Below are positions 1 through 14,587 of a stretch of DNA of 64,000 bases, piece after piece (position 1 is the stretch's first letter; each line of letters begins with the position of its first letter). The notes under the pieces were generated by a model, which searched no databases, was not told the DNA's origin, and was given only the letters and a program-made list of their open reading frames with translations. Location: contig OX597814.1 in assembly GCA_951406725.2 (NCBI GenBank), positions 153,140,001 to 153,204,000 on the forward strand, given 5' to 3'. Source of the stretch: Octopus vulgaris (Eukaryota). The position numbers and the translations under genes are program-made.

Positions 1-29
1 GGCTGTCGGTCGAAACTGTCTTCCTTTTG

Positions 30-99
30 ATGTCGCTTATTTTAATGATTGTGCCCTGGATGTTATTAGATCATTAATTACGAGACACCACTCTTAATA
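30..99 (+). CDS. Locus A exon 1 (signal-peptide-like; TAA at 75-77)
   Basis: ATG at 30, MSLILMIVPWMLLDH*LRDTTLN, then phase-1 donor A|GTATGT at 100; surroundings are CpG-rich. Confidence 0.55.
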
Positions 100-3000
100 G
101 TATGTAATCCAATTGATTATTATATTTTCTGTTTATCCTATTGTTTATTGTTTATCGTGTTGTTTATTGTTTAAAGTGAATAGTTCGTATTACAGATTAC
201 ACAGAATTACAGAAAGAACGTGTTTAAATACGTGACGGCTAAAACGTTCTATATATATATTATATTAAAACGTGACGATCAAAACGTTTTATATATATTA
301 TATATTTTATAATATAAGACTGCGGCCGTGCTGGGACATTACCTTGGAGTGTTTAGTCGGACAAATCGACCCTAATACTTATTTTCAAAAAGTTTGGTAC
401 TTCTTCAATTTCATTTTGTTGAATCGCTAAGTTACAGGATATAAACAAGCCAACACCATTTGTCAATCAGTGGTGGGGGGTAAACACGAACACACGCACG
501 CGCGCGCGCACCGGATTTCTACATATTCAACGTTCTCCTTTCAGTTTCCGTCTCCGAAAACCACTCAATATGCTTTGGTCGACCCGACGCTATAGTAGAA
601 GACACTTGCCTAAGGGTCCACGCAGTGGGACTGAACCCAGAACCATGCGGTTATGAAATGAACCCTTTACCACACAGCCACCCCTGGTATATAAAACACG
701 CATCTATATGTATGTGTGTGTGTGTGTACGTAGTATAAATCGACACGCGCTGATATATATATATATATATATGAGTTGCTGAAACGCGTGTTTTATAAAG
801 CATTAAATACCATGTTTTCTTTATTTTATTAGTACTATTATATATGTGTGGAAACGGGTGGCTTAGAGATTAGGTTGTGGTACTCATGATCGTAAGTGAT
901 TACCATTCCTGGATCGCTCAATGCGTTGTGTTCTTGAGCAACGCACTTCACTTCACGTTACTCAAGTCCAGTCAACTGGCAAAAATGGATAAACCTGCGA
1001 CCGACCGGCGTCCTGTCCAGAGCAGTCAAATATATACGCCACAAAATTCGAAAAGCCTTGAGAAAGTCCTTTGATTTTTTTTTATTAATATATGCATATA
1101 TATGACGTTAAACTGCATCCAGTCGTAAGGCCTTGGGATAGGAGTTCCAGGTTTTTGAGAAGTGTGGAACCACTATTGTTTCTAAATCTACTCTGACCCG
1201 AGAAGTAACGCCTGTTAGGGTCCTAGCTATAAGTTAATTAGCATGTGAACCATTGGAAGTGAAGGACCTATAGTTCTCGTTAGAACTTCCTTCTTATTTC
1301 TTTACTGCCCACAAGGGGCTAAACACAGAAAGGACAAACAAGGACAGACAAACGGATTAAGTCGATTATATCGATTTATTTAATCGACCCCTAAAGGATG
1401 AAAGGCAAAGTCGACCTCGGCGGAATTTGAACTCAGAACGTAGTGGCAGACGAAATACCGCTAAGCATTTCGCCCAACGTGTTAACGTTTCTGCCAGCTC
1501 GCCGCCTTCAGAATATAAACTCGTATAAAAAGAAAAAAAACCTCGAAGTTCAGTTGGTTTCTGGTTGTCTCAACCGCTGTTGCTATGCTACTGGTGTTAT
1601 AACTGATTGCGCTAAGAAGTGGGTTCAGTGCTGTGCAACACTTTATCAACTCAAAACAAATTCACGCACAAGAACTTCTTAAATACTTAGAACATTTGCA
1701 TAGACTTGCTGAGCTTAGGAAGTGGCCTTACACATTCACGAGTTGATTCCCACCACATATGCGTGTGTATGTATGTGTGTGCGTGTGTGGAAATTAAGCT
1801 GTTCACTTCACAACCTTGTGGTGTTTTGTGTTCAGCCCCATTGCTTGGCATCTTAGGTTAGTGTCTTCTGCTATAGCTTGCCAATGCCTTCTGAGCTGAT
1901 TTAATAGACAGGGCCCTTTGTATGTATGTGAGAGAGAGTGCAAAATTATGATATGTCATTTATATTATATCCTTAACATTATGAAGATCTGTCAATTAAA
2001 AAAATGTCTTTGCTTAAAACCTGATAAATGTTTGTAACAGAAAGAGTATTCAGCTATAAAATTGACTGCCTCAAATAAGTTTTCCTAATGTGCATGTATA
2101 ATCCTGTAGCAATGGAATGAGAAAAAAACTGCATATAGGAGATACTAGATGTTATGTGCATGATGGAAAGCTGTGCTGATATGCTCATGTGAAGCAGGTG
2201 AGTGATAACAGCTTGCTAAAGATGTGCCAAGAACTTAGTGTGAATGGAGGAATTGCAGGAGGGTGACCTTGGAAACCTTAGGATGAAGTGGTTAAGACAA
2301 ATCTCAAGATATTGAATCTCGCAAAGTCATTAACCTTTTCATTACTATAGTTTTGTTGAAATATGCTGCCTTTGTTTACAGTTATTTTGAAAGCAATGAA
2401 GAATTTAATAAAATAATTATTATGTGGCACGTAAAAAGCACCATTTGAGTGTGATCGTTACCAGCGTTGCCTTACTGGCACGTGAACAAAACATTCGAGC
2501 AAGATCGCTGCCAGTGCTGCTGGACTGACTCCTGTGCAGGTGGCACATAAAAAACACCATTTCAGTATGGCCATTGCCAGTACCGCCAAACTGGCCCTCT
2601 AGCACCCACTACACTCTCTGAGTGGTTGGCGTTAGGAAGGGCATCCAGCTGTAGAAACTCTACCAGATCAGATTGGAGCCTGGTGCAGCCATCTGGTTCA
2701 CCAGTCCTCAATCAAATCATCCAACCCATGCTATCATGGAAAGCGGACGTTAAATGATGATGATGATTATGATAAAGTTAGTGATTGGAACATAAATTAA
2801 CATAGAATTTTCATGGAAGGTTTAAATTTACAACACTTTAAACCAGGACTTTTGTGTTATTGAACCAAAAGTGATCTCAAGCATGTTAATATGAAAGAGA
2901 TAATGAATTCCTTTGGTGATACACAAAGCTGGGGAGAGCTTACCCACTCATGCAAGCAGAGAGAAATATATGTGAAAACGGGAGTGATTCCAGCTGGGAT

Positions 3001-4230
3001 ATAGGACATGTGTACATATATACATATGTACACACAATCATGGCCTTTTTTTTTTATTCATTTAATATTTGCTATATTTGTACTTGCCTTTTCATTAGCA
3101 TTTCATCTCTCCACACCACTCACCTATTCACTGTACCATGCTGCCCTTGGAATGAGAGAAACACAAGATCTGTTTATACTCTCAGTCCTCACTCTACCAC
3201 CATATCATCATTTCTCTGTTGACATCAATCATACCCATGCACACATGCGTGCGCACACATGCACTCACTCACTCACTGCAAACACCACTTGCTCTCTCTT
3301 TCTCTTTCTATCTCTCTCACACAAGCATTTTCTGTCTCCTTCTAATCATGATGCCTGTTGGTCATGTGATGAATATGGATGTTGACTGTTGCATCCAGAA
3401 GTACCAATTGTTTAGAGTGGATGGAACTTGTGGAAGAGGAAGATCCAGGAAATGGGAGGAAGTACTGAAGGCTGTTCTGAAGACACTAAACCTTACAAAG
3501 GAGATGACAAAGGACTGACACATCTGGCACCTTGCTGTATTCAAAAAGACCCATCCACCACAGCAGAATTGATATCAATGCGGGTGCCATGTAAAAAGCA
3601 CTGGTGATGGTGTTACATAAAAAGCGTCCAGTACACTCTGTGAAGTGGTTGGTGTTAGGAGTGGCATCCAGTCATAGAAAATATGCCAGAACAGTCAATG
3701 GTGTCTGGTGTGGCCTTTAATACTTCCTTCTATGAGTTGCATCCACTTTAAGTAAATGGCACTTCTGCATGCAACAGTCTACATCCATGTGCATCACATG
3801 ACCAGAGGCATCATGATTGAAGGGGGAGCTGTCTGGGTTCCATGTCTGTTTTGGCATGGTTTCTATGGCTGGATGCCTTTTCCTAATGCCAACCACTTTA
3901 CAGAATGTACTATGTGCTTTTAGGTAGAAATAGCATGGGTGCTTTTAGGTGTTTTTTATATGGCACCGGTACCCACAAGCCCACAAGATTAGGAATGCTC
4001 AGCTGAAGAGGGATGCTGGGGACATGCTTGTATGCTAGGATGACCATGTATTTACTTAGTTTGACATGTCTTCTCAGGTACAGCAAACTGCCAGATGTCT
4101 CACTCCCCTGTCATCCCCTCTGTGGGGCCCAACATAGGAAGATCCTTTCTCACCACATCATCCCACATCTTCCTGGGTCCACCCCTTACACATGTTTCCT
4201 CCACAATTAGAGCTCAGCATTTCTTGATGC

Positions 4231-4541
4231 AACTGTCTTCCTTTCCTTCTCGAGCCATGCCTGGCTCATAAGGACCAGTTTCCCAGTTTCCTTGGCGCAT
4301 AGGTTTCCCACCTGGATGGGACGCCGGTCCGTCACAGGTGAGCTGCAAGATGCAGGAGGAAAGAGTGAGAGAAAGTTGTGGCAAAAGAGTCAGCAGAAGT
4401 TCACCATTACCTTCTGCCGGAGCCATGTGGAGCTTAGGGGTTTTTTAGCTCATAAACACACACATCGCTTGGTCTGAGATTCGAACCCGCGATCCCTCGA
4501 CTGCGAGACCGCTGCTCTAACCACTAGGCCATGTGCCTCCA
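4231..4541 (-). mobile_element. tRNA-derived SINE, well preserved
   Basis: Head with A box TGGCCTAGTGG and B box GGTTCGAATC, followed by a non-tRNA body. Confidence 0.75.
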
Positions 4542-5033
4542 CAACTGTCCTCATTCATATGCATTACATAGCTATACTAGTGCAGTCTTCTCTCTTGCAC
4601 ACTACCTCTGACACCCCTTATACCCAGTTTTTCACTCAAATCACTTACACCCTATTGTATATGCACACTGACATTACCCATCTAGCAGTGCATACTGGCT
4701 TCATTTCTTTCATGCCTTCACATGTCCTCAGCAGTCACAGCCCATATTTCCCTGCCATGTAGCATAGCTAATATATATGTATATATGTATATTAAGCTCT
4801 AAAGAAAATAATTTTCTTATTTTATTTCTTAATTATATAAGGTTTGGATAAAAGCATTGTAACAACAAGGTGTTTCTAAAATTACTGGCTAAGTATATAT
4901 AGAATTATTAAGTAAACAAAGTAAAAGCTAGCAGTCATGTGTAATACACACACATAGGCACGTGCACACACACACATTTATTTATATTTGTACATACATT
5001 ATACACTATCCAATACTAAATCTCTCATTTCAG

Positions 5034-5222
5034 GTCATAAAAATAGCCCTAAGATGCTAATCAGATTACCATGAATTAAAGTATTAAAGACAATGATAAT
5101 CAACAAATGTACTACGATACTTTCAATTGAGCAGAGAGTCATTCAATGCAATCAGATGTTTTGTAAGAATGAAATTCAGTACTATTTACAGATGTATTTC
5201 ATAGAAAAGCTTTATTTGGGCT
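5034..5222 (+). CDS. Locus A exon 2 (phase 1-1; TGA at 5072-5074)
   Basis: Acceptor ctctcatttcag, donor gtaagt; 189 nt: SHKNSPKMLIRLP*IKVLKTMIINKCTTILSIEQRVIQCNQMFCKNEIQYYLQMYFIEKLYLG. Confidence 0.6.
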
Positions 5223-6016
5223 GTAAGTAATTTGTTTATTATTCTTTAATTGTTGAAGAGAATTAATGTAAATTGTATTTTAGTTGAGAGTTATAATTAT
5301 AACGGCTCATTAAAAACATTATATATAGTTATAAATATATATGCTCACATATACGGATATGTACGCACACATACATACACACACATATATAAACATACAT
5401 ATGCTCACACACATATACATACAAAGGTGCCCGTGTGTGCATACACACACTTACACACACACACACATATATCTATATATATATATAAATATATAATTGC
5501 AGCGTGGAAGGTGTTTATAAGCCATTTAAGAAACACACGAAAACCGTTAGATTCACTTCAACATTTAAATTCAATTTGTCAAAATATTTTCATCGCTTTG
5601 AGACCGCGACCTGTTCACTGACAAAACTTCGTGCTGCATATATATATATATACATATATATATATGTATATATATATACACACACACATACACACTCTCA
5701 CACGCATACATATAAATATATATATATTCTTATATATATACATACACACGCGCATACACATGCACATAGATATATACATACACATATACACACACATACA
5801 GATATGTACATGCACTCACATACATACAGTTATTTATTCACACATGACATGTCCAAACGCAGACCTGGAACTAAGTATACTATTACTACTGGATAGCCCA
5901 GGGTAAATCTGAAGGTGGACAAGCTCTATACTCTACTCTATTACATTCATAACAGAATATACCATAACTATATGTGTATGGATGTATGTATATACACACA
6001 TTCATGTGAGTGTATG

Positions 6017-6069
<53 letters not shown>

Positions 6070-6216
6070 GTGTATGTCTGTGTGTGCCTTTCAAAGTTGC
6101 ACCTTTCTCACAAGTGATTTAATCTGAAGGTAAAGCAATTACAGTGTAGCAAATTCATTTTTAGTCATTCAACAACATGTAGAAGCTTCCCTTAATCTTT
6201 ATTCATTTGTTACTTG

Positions 6217-6950
<734 letters not shown>

Positions 6951-8952
6951 CACAGATATATATATGGATCTGTACTTATTTGAATATATAGATTGGTAAA
7001 TAGATAGATATGTTAATGAGTATGTATGTACATGCATATATAATTAAAATTGACATGCACATCAGAGAAAAGCAAAATAATGATGTGTACATCCATTTAT
7101 AACAAATTCTGCACGTTTAATGTACATATCCCACATACACACACATACATTATATGTGTATGTGCTGGTGCTATGTAAAAAGTACTCAATCCACTCAGTA
7201 AGGTGCTTGTAGTTAGGAAGGGCATCCAGCCATAAAAACCATGCGAAAATAGACAGTGAAGCCTGGTGCAGTCTTCTGCCTAGGCAGCTCCTGTCAAACC
7301 ATCTAGCCCATGCCAGCATGGAAGATGATCATTAAACGATATTGATTATGTTGATGTATGTATGCATATATATGTGTGTGTGTGAGAGTGTATATCTATT
7401 TATGTTAACAGATAATTATGTACAATTCAGAAAAAATGTGTGCTCAGAAGTCATAGAGTGGGTTTAATTTTATATCATCAAACAACATATAACAAGTTAG
7501 AATGGTTACTGTTGGTTTCTCTTTGATATTACCACTAGACAATATTAAAGGCTCTTGACAACCAATGCTGGTGTGTTTACATCCCCATAACTTAGCAGTT
7601 TGGCAATAGACCAATGGAATAAGTACTAGGCTTACAAAAAATGAGTCCTGGGGTCGATTTGTTCGACTAAAGGCTGTGCTCTAGCATGGTCACAGTCAAA
7701 TGACTGAAACAAATAAAAGAGTAAATAATAAAATAAGTGTGTCATATACACCAGCGTATAAGGTTTTCCTACAATTTAGCCTGAAGCCTTGATGTGAATG
7801 GAATTATAATAGAAAACATTATTTCTAATGTTTTTACAAAAGCATGAATATCAGAAAATTAGTTTATAAACTTCAATTTTTATACTTTATCTGAATGAAT
7901 TCCTCTCGTCAAGGTATGAATTCCAGGTATTTATTGCTGAGAATTGATTTATTAGATTTCGTTCTGCGTAGTTTGTGCATATTAATCAGGTTGGCTTGGT
8001 ATATTGTTTGTAACATATGGTATAAAACCAGCAGCTGTTCATATGAGTGATACTACATACCAACATACATCAGAGATTTAGTATTTTGGAAAATACAAGC
8101 CATTTTGTCAAGCCAAGCCATTGAATAAGCTTCTACATAGTTGATTGATCTGCTAGAAATAACAGTAATATCATCCCTCAGATCACACTGTCACATGACC
8201 ATGTGATCACTTGACCAACCAGACTATCAGATGTTGTTACACATTATTGATCACAATGCACTTTGCATCATTGCAGCTTTTGCATTACACCATGCCACTG
8301 GCTAGGCAAGCAAGCCAACGTTCCCACCCTGCTGATCAATAGACAGACTGGAGTAACATAAAATGAAGTGTTTTGCTCAAGAACACAATGTGTTGCCCAG
8401 TCTGGGAATCAAACCCATGATATAACAATCATGAGTGTGACAGCCCAACCACTATGCCAAGTGCCTCCACTATACTTCCTTAAAAAGAAGAATACATAAA
8501 ATCATATGATCTGACTTACTCCTAAGATGGATGGTCACAGCTGTAATGCTCTTAATCATAGGTCTGCTCAATTAGCTTTGACCTGTAACTAAACAACAAG
8601 AATAGATTAGAAAACCTGGTCCTATGTCAAGACAAGGAGCCACAAACACACATCACACACTGATCCCAACACTGCACCTTGTCTTCCACAACTGCCTCAC
8701 CTTCTCCTCTCTTTTCATTCTCTTTTTCTCCTTCTCTTGTTCCCTCCCACCCAACATGCCTAACCTCCGTATATTCCTTTCTCACTCATTTCCTTATATT
8801 TTTTTCTTTTCTATAATTCTTCTCTTGAAGGACTAGTGTCTAAAACATCAAAATTCTTTCCTTTCTTTTTCAGAATTAAACTAATACATTTGTTTAAACT
8901 TATTCCTCTTATGCTGTCTTCTTGTCTTCTTTTTGTGCTCATAGCCTTTGTC

Positions 8953-9025
<73 letters not shown>

Positions 9026-9049
9026 GTCACACACACACACACATATTAT

Positions 9050-9460
9050 ATAGCTGTCAAAATAAGATTAGGCTGGGCAAAGTTTAGAGAGCTCCTGCTT
9101 CTGCTGGTAACAAAGGGCCTCTCTCTCAGAGTGAAAGGCAGATTGTATGATGCTTGTGTGTGAACAGCTAAGCTACAAGGCAGTGAAACATGGGCGGTGA
9201 CAGTTAAGGACACATGTAGGCTTGAAAGAAATGAAACCCGCATGCTTCATTGGATGTGTAATGTCAGTGTGCATGTCTGACAGAGTGTAAGCATCTTGAG
9301 AGAACAGTTAGGCATAAGAGACAGCAGATGTGGTGTGCAAGAGACAAATGCACTGGTATGGTCATGTGATGCATATGGATGAGGACAACTGTGTAATGAA
9401 GTGCTGATCCCTAACTGTGGATGGAACCTGTGGTAGAAGTTGATCCAGGAAGACATGGGA
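9050..9460 (+). mobile_element. RTE-type LINE 3' fragment
   Basis: IRLGWAKFRELL..KGRLYDACV; same family as the 63-kb copy. Confidence 0.8.
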
Positions 9461-11642
9461 ATGCACAGCTGAAGAAAAGAAGACGAAAGGAAGAGAAAGC
9501 TTCAAGCTTTTTTTTTTTGTGGACTGAGAGGCTGGTTTATTAGAGACCCCCTACACTTTTTTTTTTTTGACCAGGTGGAGGTAGTGAGGTTATAGAGCCT
9601 TGCTTCGGTTGAGAGCAAATAATATAAATTTTGTCCTATTGTAAGACATGGGATAAGGTGGTAAAGCATGATCTCCAAAATTTTGGCCTCACTGAGGCAA
9701 TGACTAGTGACCAAAACCTTTTGCAATATGGTGTGCTTAAGCCAAGTGAAATTGCAATCGTGGCAGATACTGATGTCACTCAAAATGGTACCCATGCCGG
9801 TGGCATGTAAAAAGACCTGAGTGTTGGGCACCACTGGGACAAGGACCAAAACCATTTGGCATTATGCCAAGCTTCGAGCTTTAGGCCTGACAGAGGCAAC
9901 AACTGAGTCCATTTGGCATTATGCCTTGCTTGAGAAGAAGACCCATCAAGCCAAGTAAAACCACAGTTGTGGCAGATACCGGTATCATGCAAATGGCTCT
10001 TGTGCCGATGGCACGTAAAAGCACCCATTACACTCTCAGGGTGGTTGGCATTAGGAAGGGCATCCAACTGTAGAAACCATGCCAAAACTGACTGGAGTCT
10101 GGTGTAGCCTTCCATCTTGCCAGCCCTGGTTAAACCATCCAACACATGCTAGCATGGGCAGTGAACATTAAATGATGATGATGACGGTGGTGACGGCGGC
10201 GGCAGTTGCTATACTTGAGGATGGTCATATTTTGCCAATTAAATGCACACACTTCAGCTTTACTATTACTATTTTAGTTTCTTTGTCAAACATCCTGTAA
10301 CCTCTTCAGTGATTCCCTATCCCATTTGTCTCCTTGTTTCCGCTTATTCCATTTTAGTATATATTCATGTGTGTGTGTGTGTGTAGGCACAAGGAGTTCA
10401 TTTGGAACCACAGGGTTTGTGGTTTCCTCTTGCCACATGGAGACAGTCTTCTAGTGTCCTGTATTATAGCTTCAGACCAACCAAAACTTTGTGAGTTGAT
10501 TAGACAGAAACAGGAAGATGCCTGTTGTATGTGTGAGTGTATGTGCATGTGTTTGTATGTGTGTGTACACGTGAGCACACCTGTTTGTGTGTGTGCATGT
10601 GAGCACATGTGGGGTTTTTTTGTGTGTGTGTTTATGTGCATCCTTATGTTTGTGTTTGTCTTTCACTGCTTGATAGCAAGTGTTGTTTCCTTTATGTCTG
10701 TAACTTGACAGTTCAGCAAAAAGTGACTGATAAGCATAAATACCAAATTTTAAATTACTTTATTCACTTTGTTTGACTAAACCCTTCGAGGCAGTTCCCT
10801 GTCATGGTCACAGTCTAATGTCCGAAACTAATAAAAGAGTAATAAAACATCATGAACATTTATAAATTTATACATCAGATAAGAATATTTGTAAATGTGA
10901 AATTTACACAGGCTCCTCGAGTGGATATAAACATTATTCAGATAGCCTTATTTTATTTATCTCTGTTTCTCTTCTTAAGATCTTAATTAATAGATCTAAT
11001 CACCACATAATTATTTCAGCTTAATTATCTAGTATGGACGTCTGCAATTATTAATAGTATTATTCATCTCAGCTCTGTATATAACAATACCAAACATTGG
11101 TATTATTCATCTCAGCTCAATGTTCAAAGCCAGTGAGCTATTGATGTTGCAGCTACTTCTGTGTGACCATGAGAGAACCATGTGTATGTAGCATGCTTGC
11201 CTCTTTCAAATGCATACACACACAAAATATGACTAACACTAGAAAGAGAAGAATGATAATGGAAAATTTTCAGAACACACTTGAATTAGCACTTGAACAA
11301 ATGCTTTTGCTTTAGCTGAAAAAGAAAATGAAGTGGATACATTCAAAATTGTTTCTGTTTCTAAAGTTATAAGCAACTCTATCTTTTTCTTCCTCTCTTC
11401 TCTGTTATCCTTCAGATTTAAAATGAAGACAATTGAATAATCTCTTTTACTTGTTTCAGTCATTTGACTGCAGCCATGAAGGAGCACTGCCTTTAGTCTA
11501 GCAAATTGACCTCAGGACTTATTCTTTGGACGCCTAGTACTTATTCTATCGGTCTCTTTTGCCGAACCACTAAGTTGCAGGGATGTAAACACATCACCAT
11601 CGGTTGTCAAGTGATGTGGGGGGACACAGACACACAAAACTT

Positions 11643-11679
<37 letters not shown>

Positions 11680-12312
11680 CATATGCATATATACGATGGG
11701 CTTCTTTCAGTTTCCGTCTACCAAATCTACTCACAAGGCTTTAGTAGGAGACACTTGCCCAAGGTGCCACGCAGTGGGACTGAACCCAGAACCATGTGGT
11801 TGGTAAGCAAGCTACTTACCACACAGTCACTCCTGCGCCTGTGATATCATTAATTAATTAATTGACTTACCTTATGTTCCATTACTCCATATTGAAGATG
11901 AACAATGTACAGAAACAGGTTTGTACTTGGATAAGGAATTATATATAACTTTAAAAGATATACTTGAGACAACAAAGAAAAAAGAAGTTAAATGATTTTA
12001 ATATGCTTTTTTTCCTTTATACAAAAAAAATGCACAAAATAATAATTAAACTACTTATAATATGAAATACAAAAGTATCAATCACTGAGGTGAAAGGTTT
12101 CCATTTCCACAACTTTGAGCCTAACATGGTTTATTCATAGATGTTGGTTGTGACATAGTGTATTTATAAATGTTAGTCCTTAAAAGGAACAAAAAGACCC
12201 CATTAGATAAGTCACTCACCTCTTTGGAAGGAACACATACACGCGCACGCAGTATGACTGACTCTAGAAAAGTGAGGTTAATTAATGATGTTGATAGTTC
12301 CTTTATTTGCAG

Positions 12313-12544
12313 ATGAAAAAGATACTCTGAATATTTATATCAGCAAAGAAAATTTTAATTAAATCAGTGACACAATATATTTATAGCCACCACATTACTT
12401 TGTTCTAACTTGTTTGGTTCAGCTTACACAAAAGGCTTAAGAAATTTTTCTTTCAAAACCAGTCTATTTCTATTTGCCCATCTAGAACAATATGAGTGGC
12501 TTAACGTTTCTTTTAAAATCTTTCTTTACAATATCTCCTCAACC
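12313..12544 (+). CDS. Locus A internal exon (acceptor at 12313 or 12423)
   Basis: Acceptors ctttatttgcag and ttgtttggttcag, donor gtaagt at 12545. The last 58 codons are open with NFS/NVS/NIS sequons; the long form has stops at 12314, 12356 and 12368. Confidence 0.55.
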
Positions 12545-12679
12545 GTAAGTTTATTGAACTAACTATAACCTTGAACAAGCTGTCTGTTATAATAATAAAA
12601 CCATGCCAGCAAGGAAAACAGACAGTGAATGATGGTGATGATGATGGTGGTGGCTCTCATTATTATTATTATTATTATT

Positions 12680-13163
12680 AAGATGGCAAGCTGGCAGAAT
12701 CATTAGCACCCTAGGCAAAATGCTTAGGAGCATTTTGTCCATCCTTACATTCTGAGTTCAAATCCCACTAGGATCAACTTTGCCTTTCATCATTTTGGGG
12801 TCAATGAAATAAGTACCAGTTATGCACTGGGGTTGATGTAATCAACTATCTCCTCCCTGAAAAAATTTCAGGCCTTGTGCTTATAGTAGAAAAGATTGTT
12901 GTTGTTGTTGTTATTATTATTATTTTTATTATTATTATTATTATTATTAAGGCGGTTGAGCTGGCAGAATTGTTAGCACACCAGGCAAGATGCTTAGTGG
13001 CATTTCGTCTTTACATTCTGAGTTCAAATTCCACTGAGGTCGACTTTACCTTTCATCCTTTCAGGGTTGATAAATTAAGTACCAGTTGAGTACTGGGGTC
13101 AATGTAATTGACTACCCACTCCCCCAAAATTTCAGGCCTTGTGCCTTTAGTAGAAAGGATTAA

Positions 13164-13200
<37 letters not shown>
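12680..13200 (+). repeat. Tandem SINE pair separated by (TTA)n
   Basis: Two copies of gagctggcagaat...ctgagttcaaat...caggccttgtgc. Confidence 0.8.
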
Positions 13201-13201
<1 letters not shown>

Positions 13202-13423
13202 TATTTTCATTATCATCTTTCAATTCTGTTTACATGTCTTGCCAAATGTCTTCCTGACACCTAGGGCAGAGAAACGACTGTATACACTGGTAGGCCATTA
13301 AAATAAACACACCAAATTGTCCATTTACAAAATCATGCACTAGAGAAAAAGAGGAAGAAAGACAGAAATTAAAAAAAAATAAAAAGTAAACAAAGAAAAT
13401 AAAGGGGAAAAGGGAAAGATAAT

Positions 13424-14150
13424 TCACAGCAACAATGCTCTTCTTAATACATGTGACATACCTGTTAGGACAATCTTTTGCACTTCCTGTATGGATGGTA
13501 ATCCAGGGATCATTCTTAAATAATTTACAGTTCCTTTTTTGATCATTCCAAGTGCTCCTACAATCACTGGTATTGTAACCATTTTGAGATGCCACATCTT
13601 TTTGATTTTGAGCAAATCTTTATATTTTCTGAGTGTATCAAATTCTTTTGCTGAGATATTATGGTCACAGGGTAAGCTCATGTCAATCAATAAACAGACT
13701 TTATTGTTTTGGTCTTCCACAACAATATTTGGTTTTATAGTTTTGTCTGTATGTACGGGGAAGTCCCAAAGAATAGTTACATTTTCTCCCTCAGTTACAG
13801 CCTCAGGGTGGTGCTTGTACCATTTGTCAGCAGTTTTGATTTTATAATGCTGACACATTACCCTGTGTTGATATTGGCCAACTCTGTCATGTCTTGATTT
13901 GTACTCTACAGGTGCTAAAACTTTACATCCTGAGATCAGGTGGTCCTCTGTTTCTATCCCACTGTTGCAGTATCGGCACTTTGGGTCTACACCATTTTTC
14001 ATCACATTGGCTTAATAGCTCTGGGTCAATAAGCTCTGATCTTGGGTAGCCAAGATAAAGTCTAAACTCTCTGCTTTTAGCCCTGAGCTCCATAGCCACT
14101 GATGGATGTGCTTCTGGTCTACATCAGCTTGTTTACTACAAGCCAAATAT
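13424..14150 (-). mobile_element. 5'-truncated non-LTR retrotransposon with CCHC finger and restriction-like endonuclease (R4/NeSL/CRE-like)
   Basis: CRYC...ETEDHLISGC, RHD, ILWDFPV.TD, KPNIV...LID motifs; (TAA)n tract downstream. Confidence 0.85.
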
Positions 14151-14519
14151 TTTTAGGATTATTATTATTATGAGTGACACTAGGGTAAAATATACAAAAC
14201 CCAGTATACCCATCATGACTACTTGTCTGATAAGGGTGCGCCAGGAACATGCATCACAACCATCTGTGTGCAACATGGTGATCTCATATCAAGATAAACA
14301 GCACATAATCTTGCAGGTGGGACCCAGTTAGAATTTTCTTCTGGTTGAATAACCCATCCTGCTCAAAGGGTCCCTGAATAAAGGTTGTTTAAAGATAATG
14401 AACAAAACACCCATGTTTCCAGGGGTGAATTATTCAAACCCCCAAAGAATTCCTCTCAACACATGACTATGATGCTCTCCTCCTATTATTATCATTATTA
14501 TTATTATTATTATTATTAT

Positions 14520-14587
<68 letters not shown>

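Noticed and set aside
743-791. CTGAT(AT)nGAG...GAAACGCGTG hammerhead-like string
   Set aside because: Core split by an AT expansion, no valid NUH triplet and no stem I; at best a dead remnant.
4468-4541. Possible tRNA gene
   Set aside because: Pol III boxes are present but the cloverleaf stems are poor and it runs into a SINE body.
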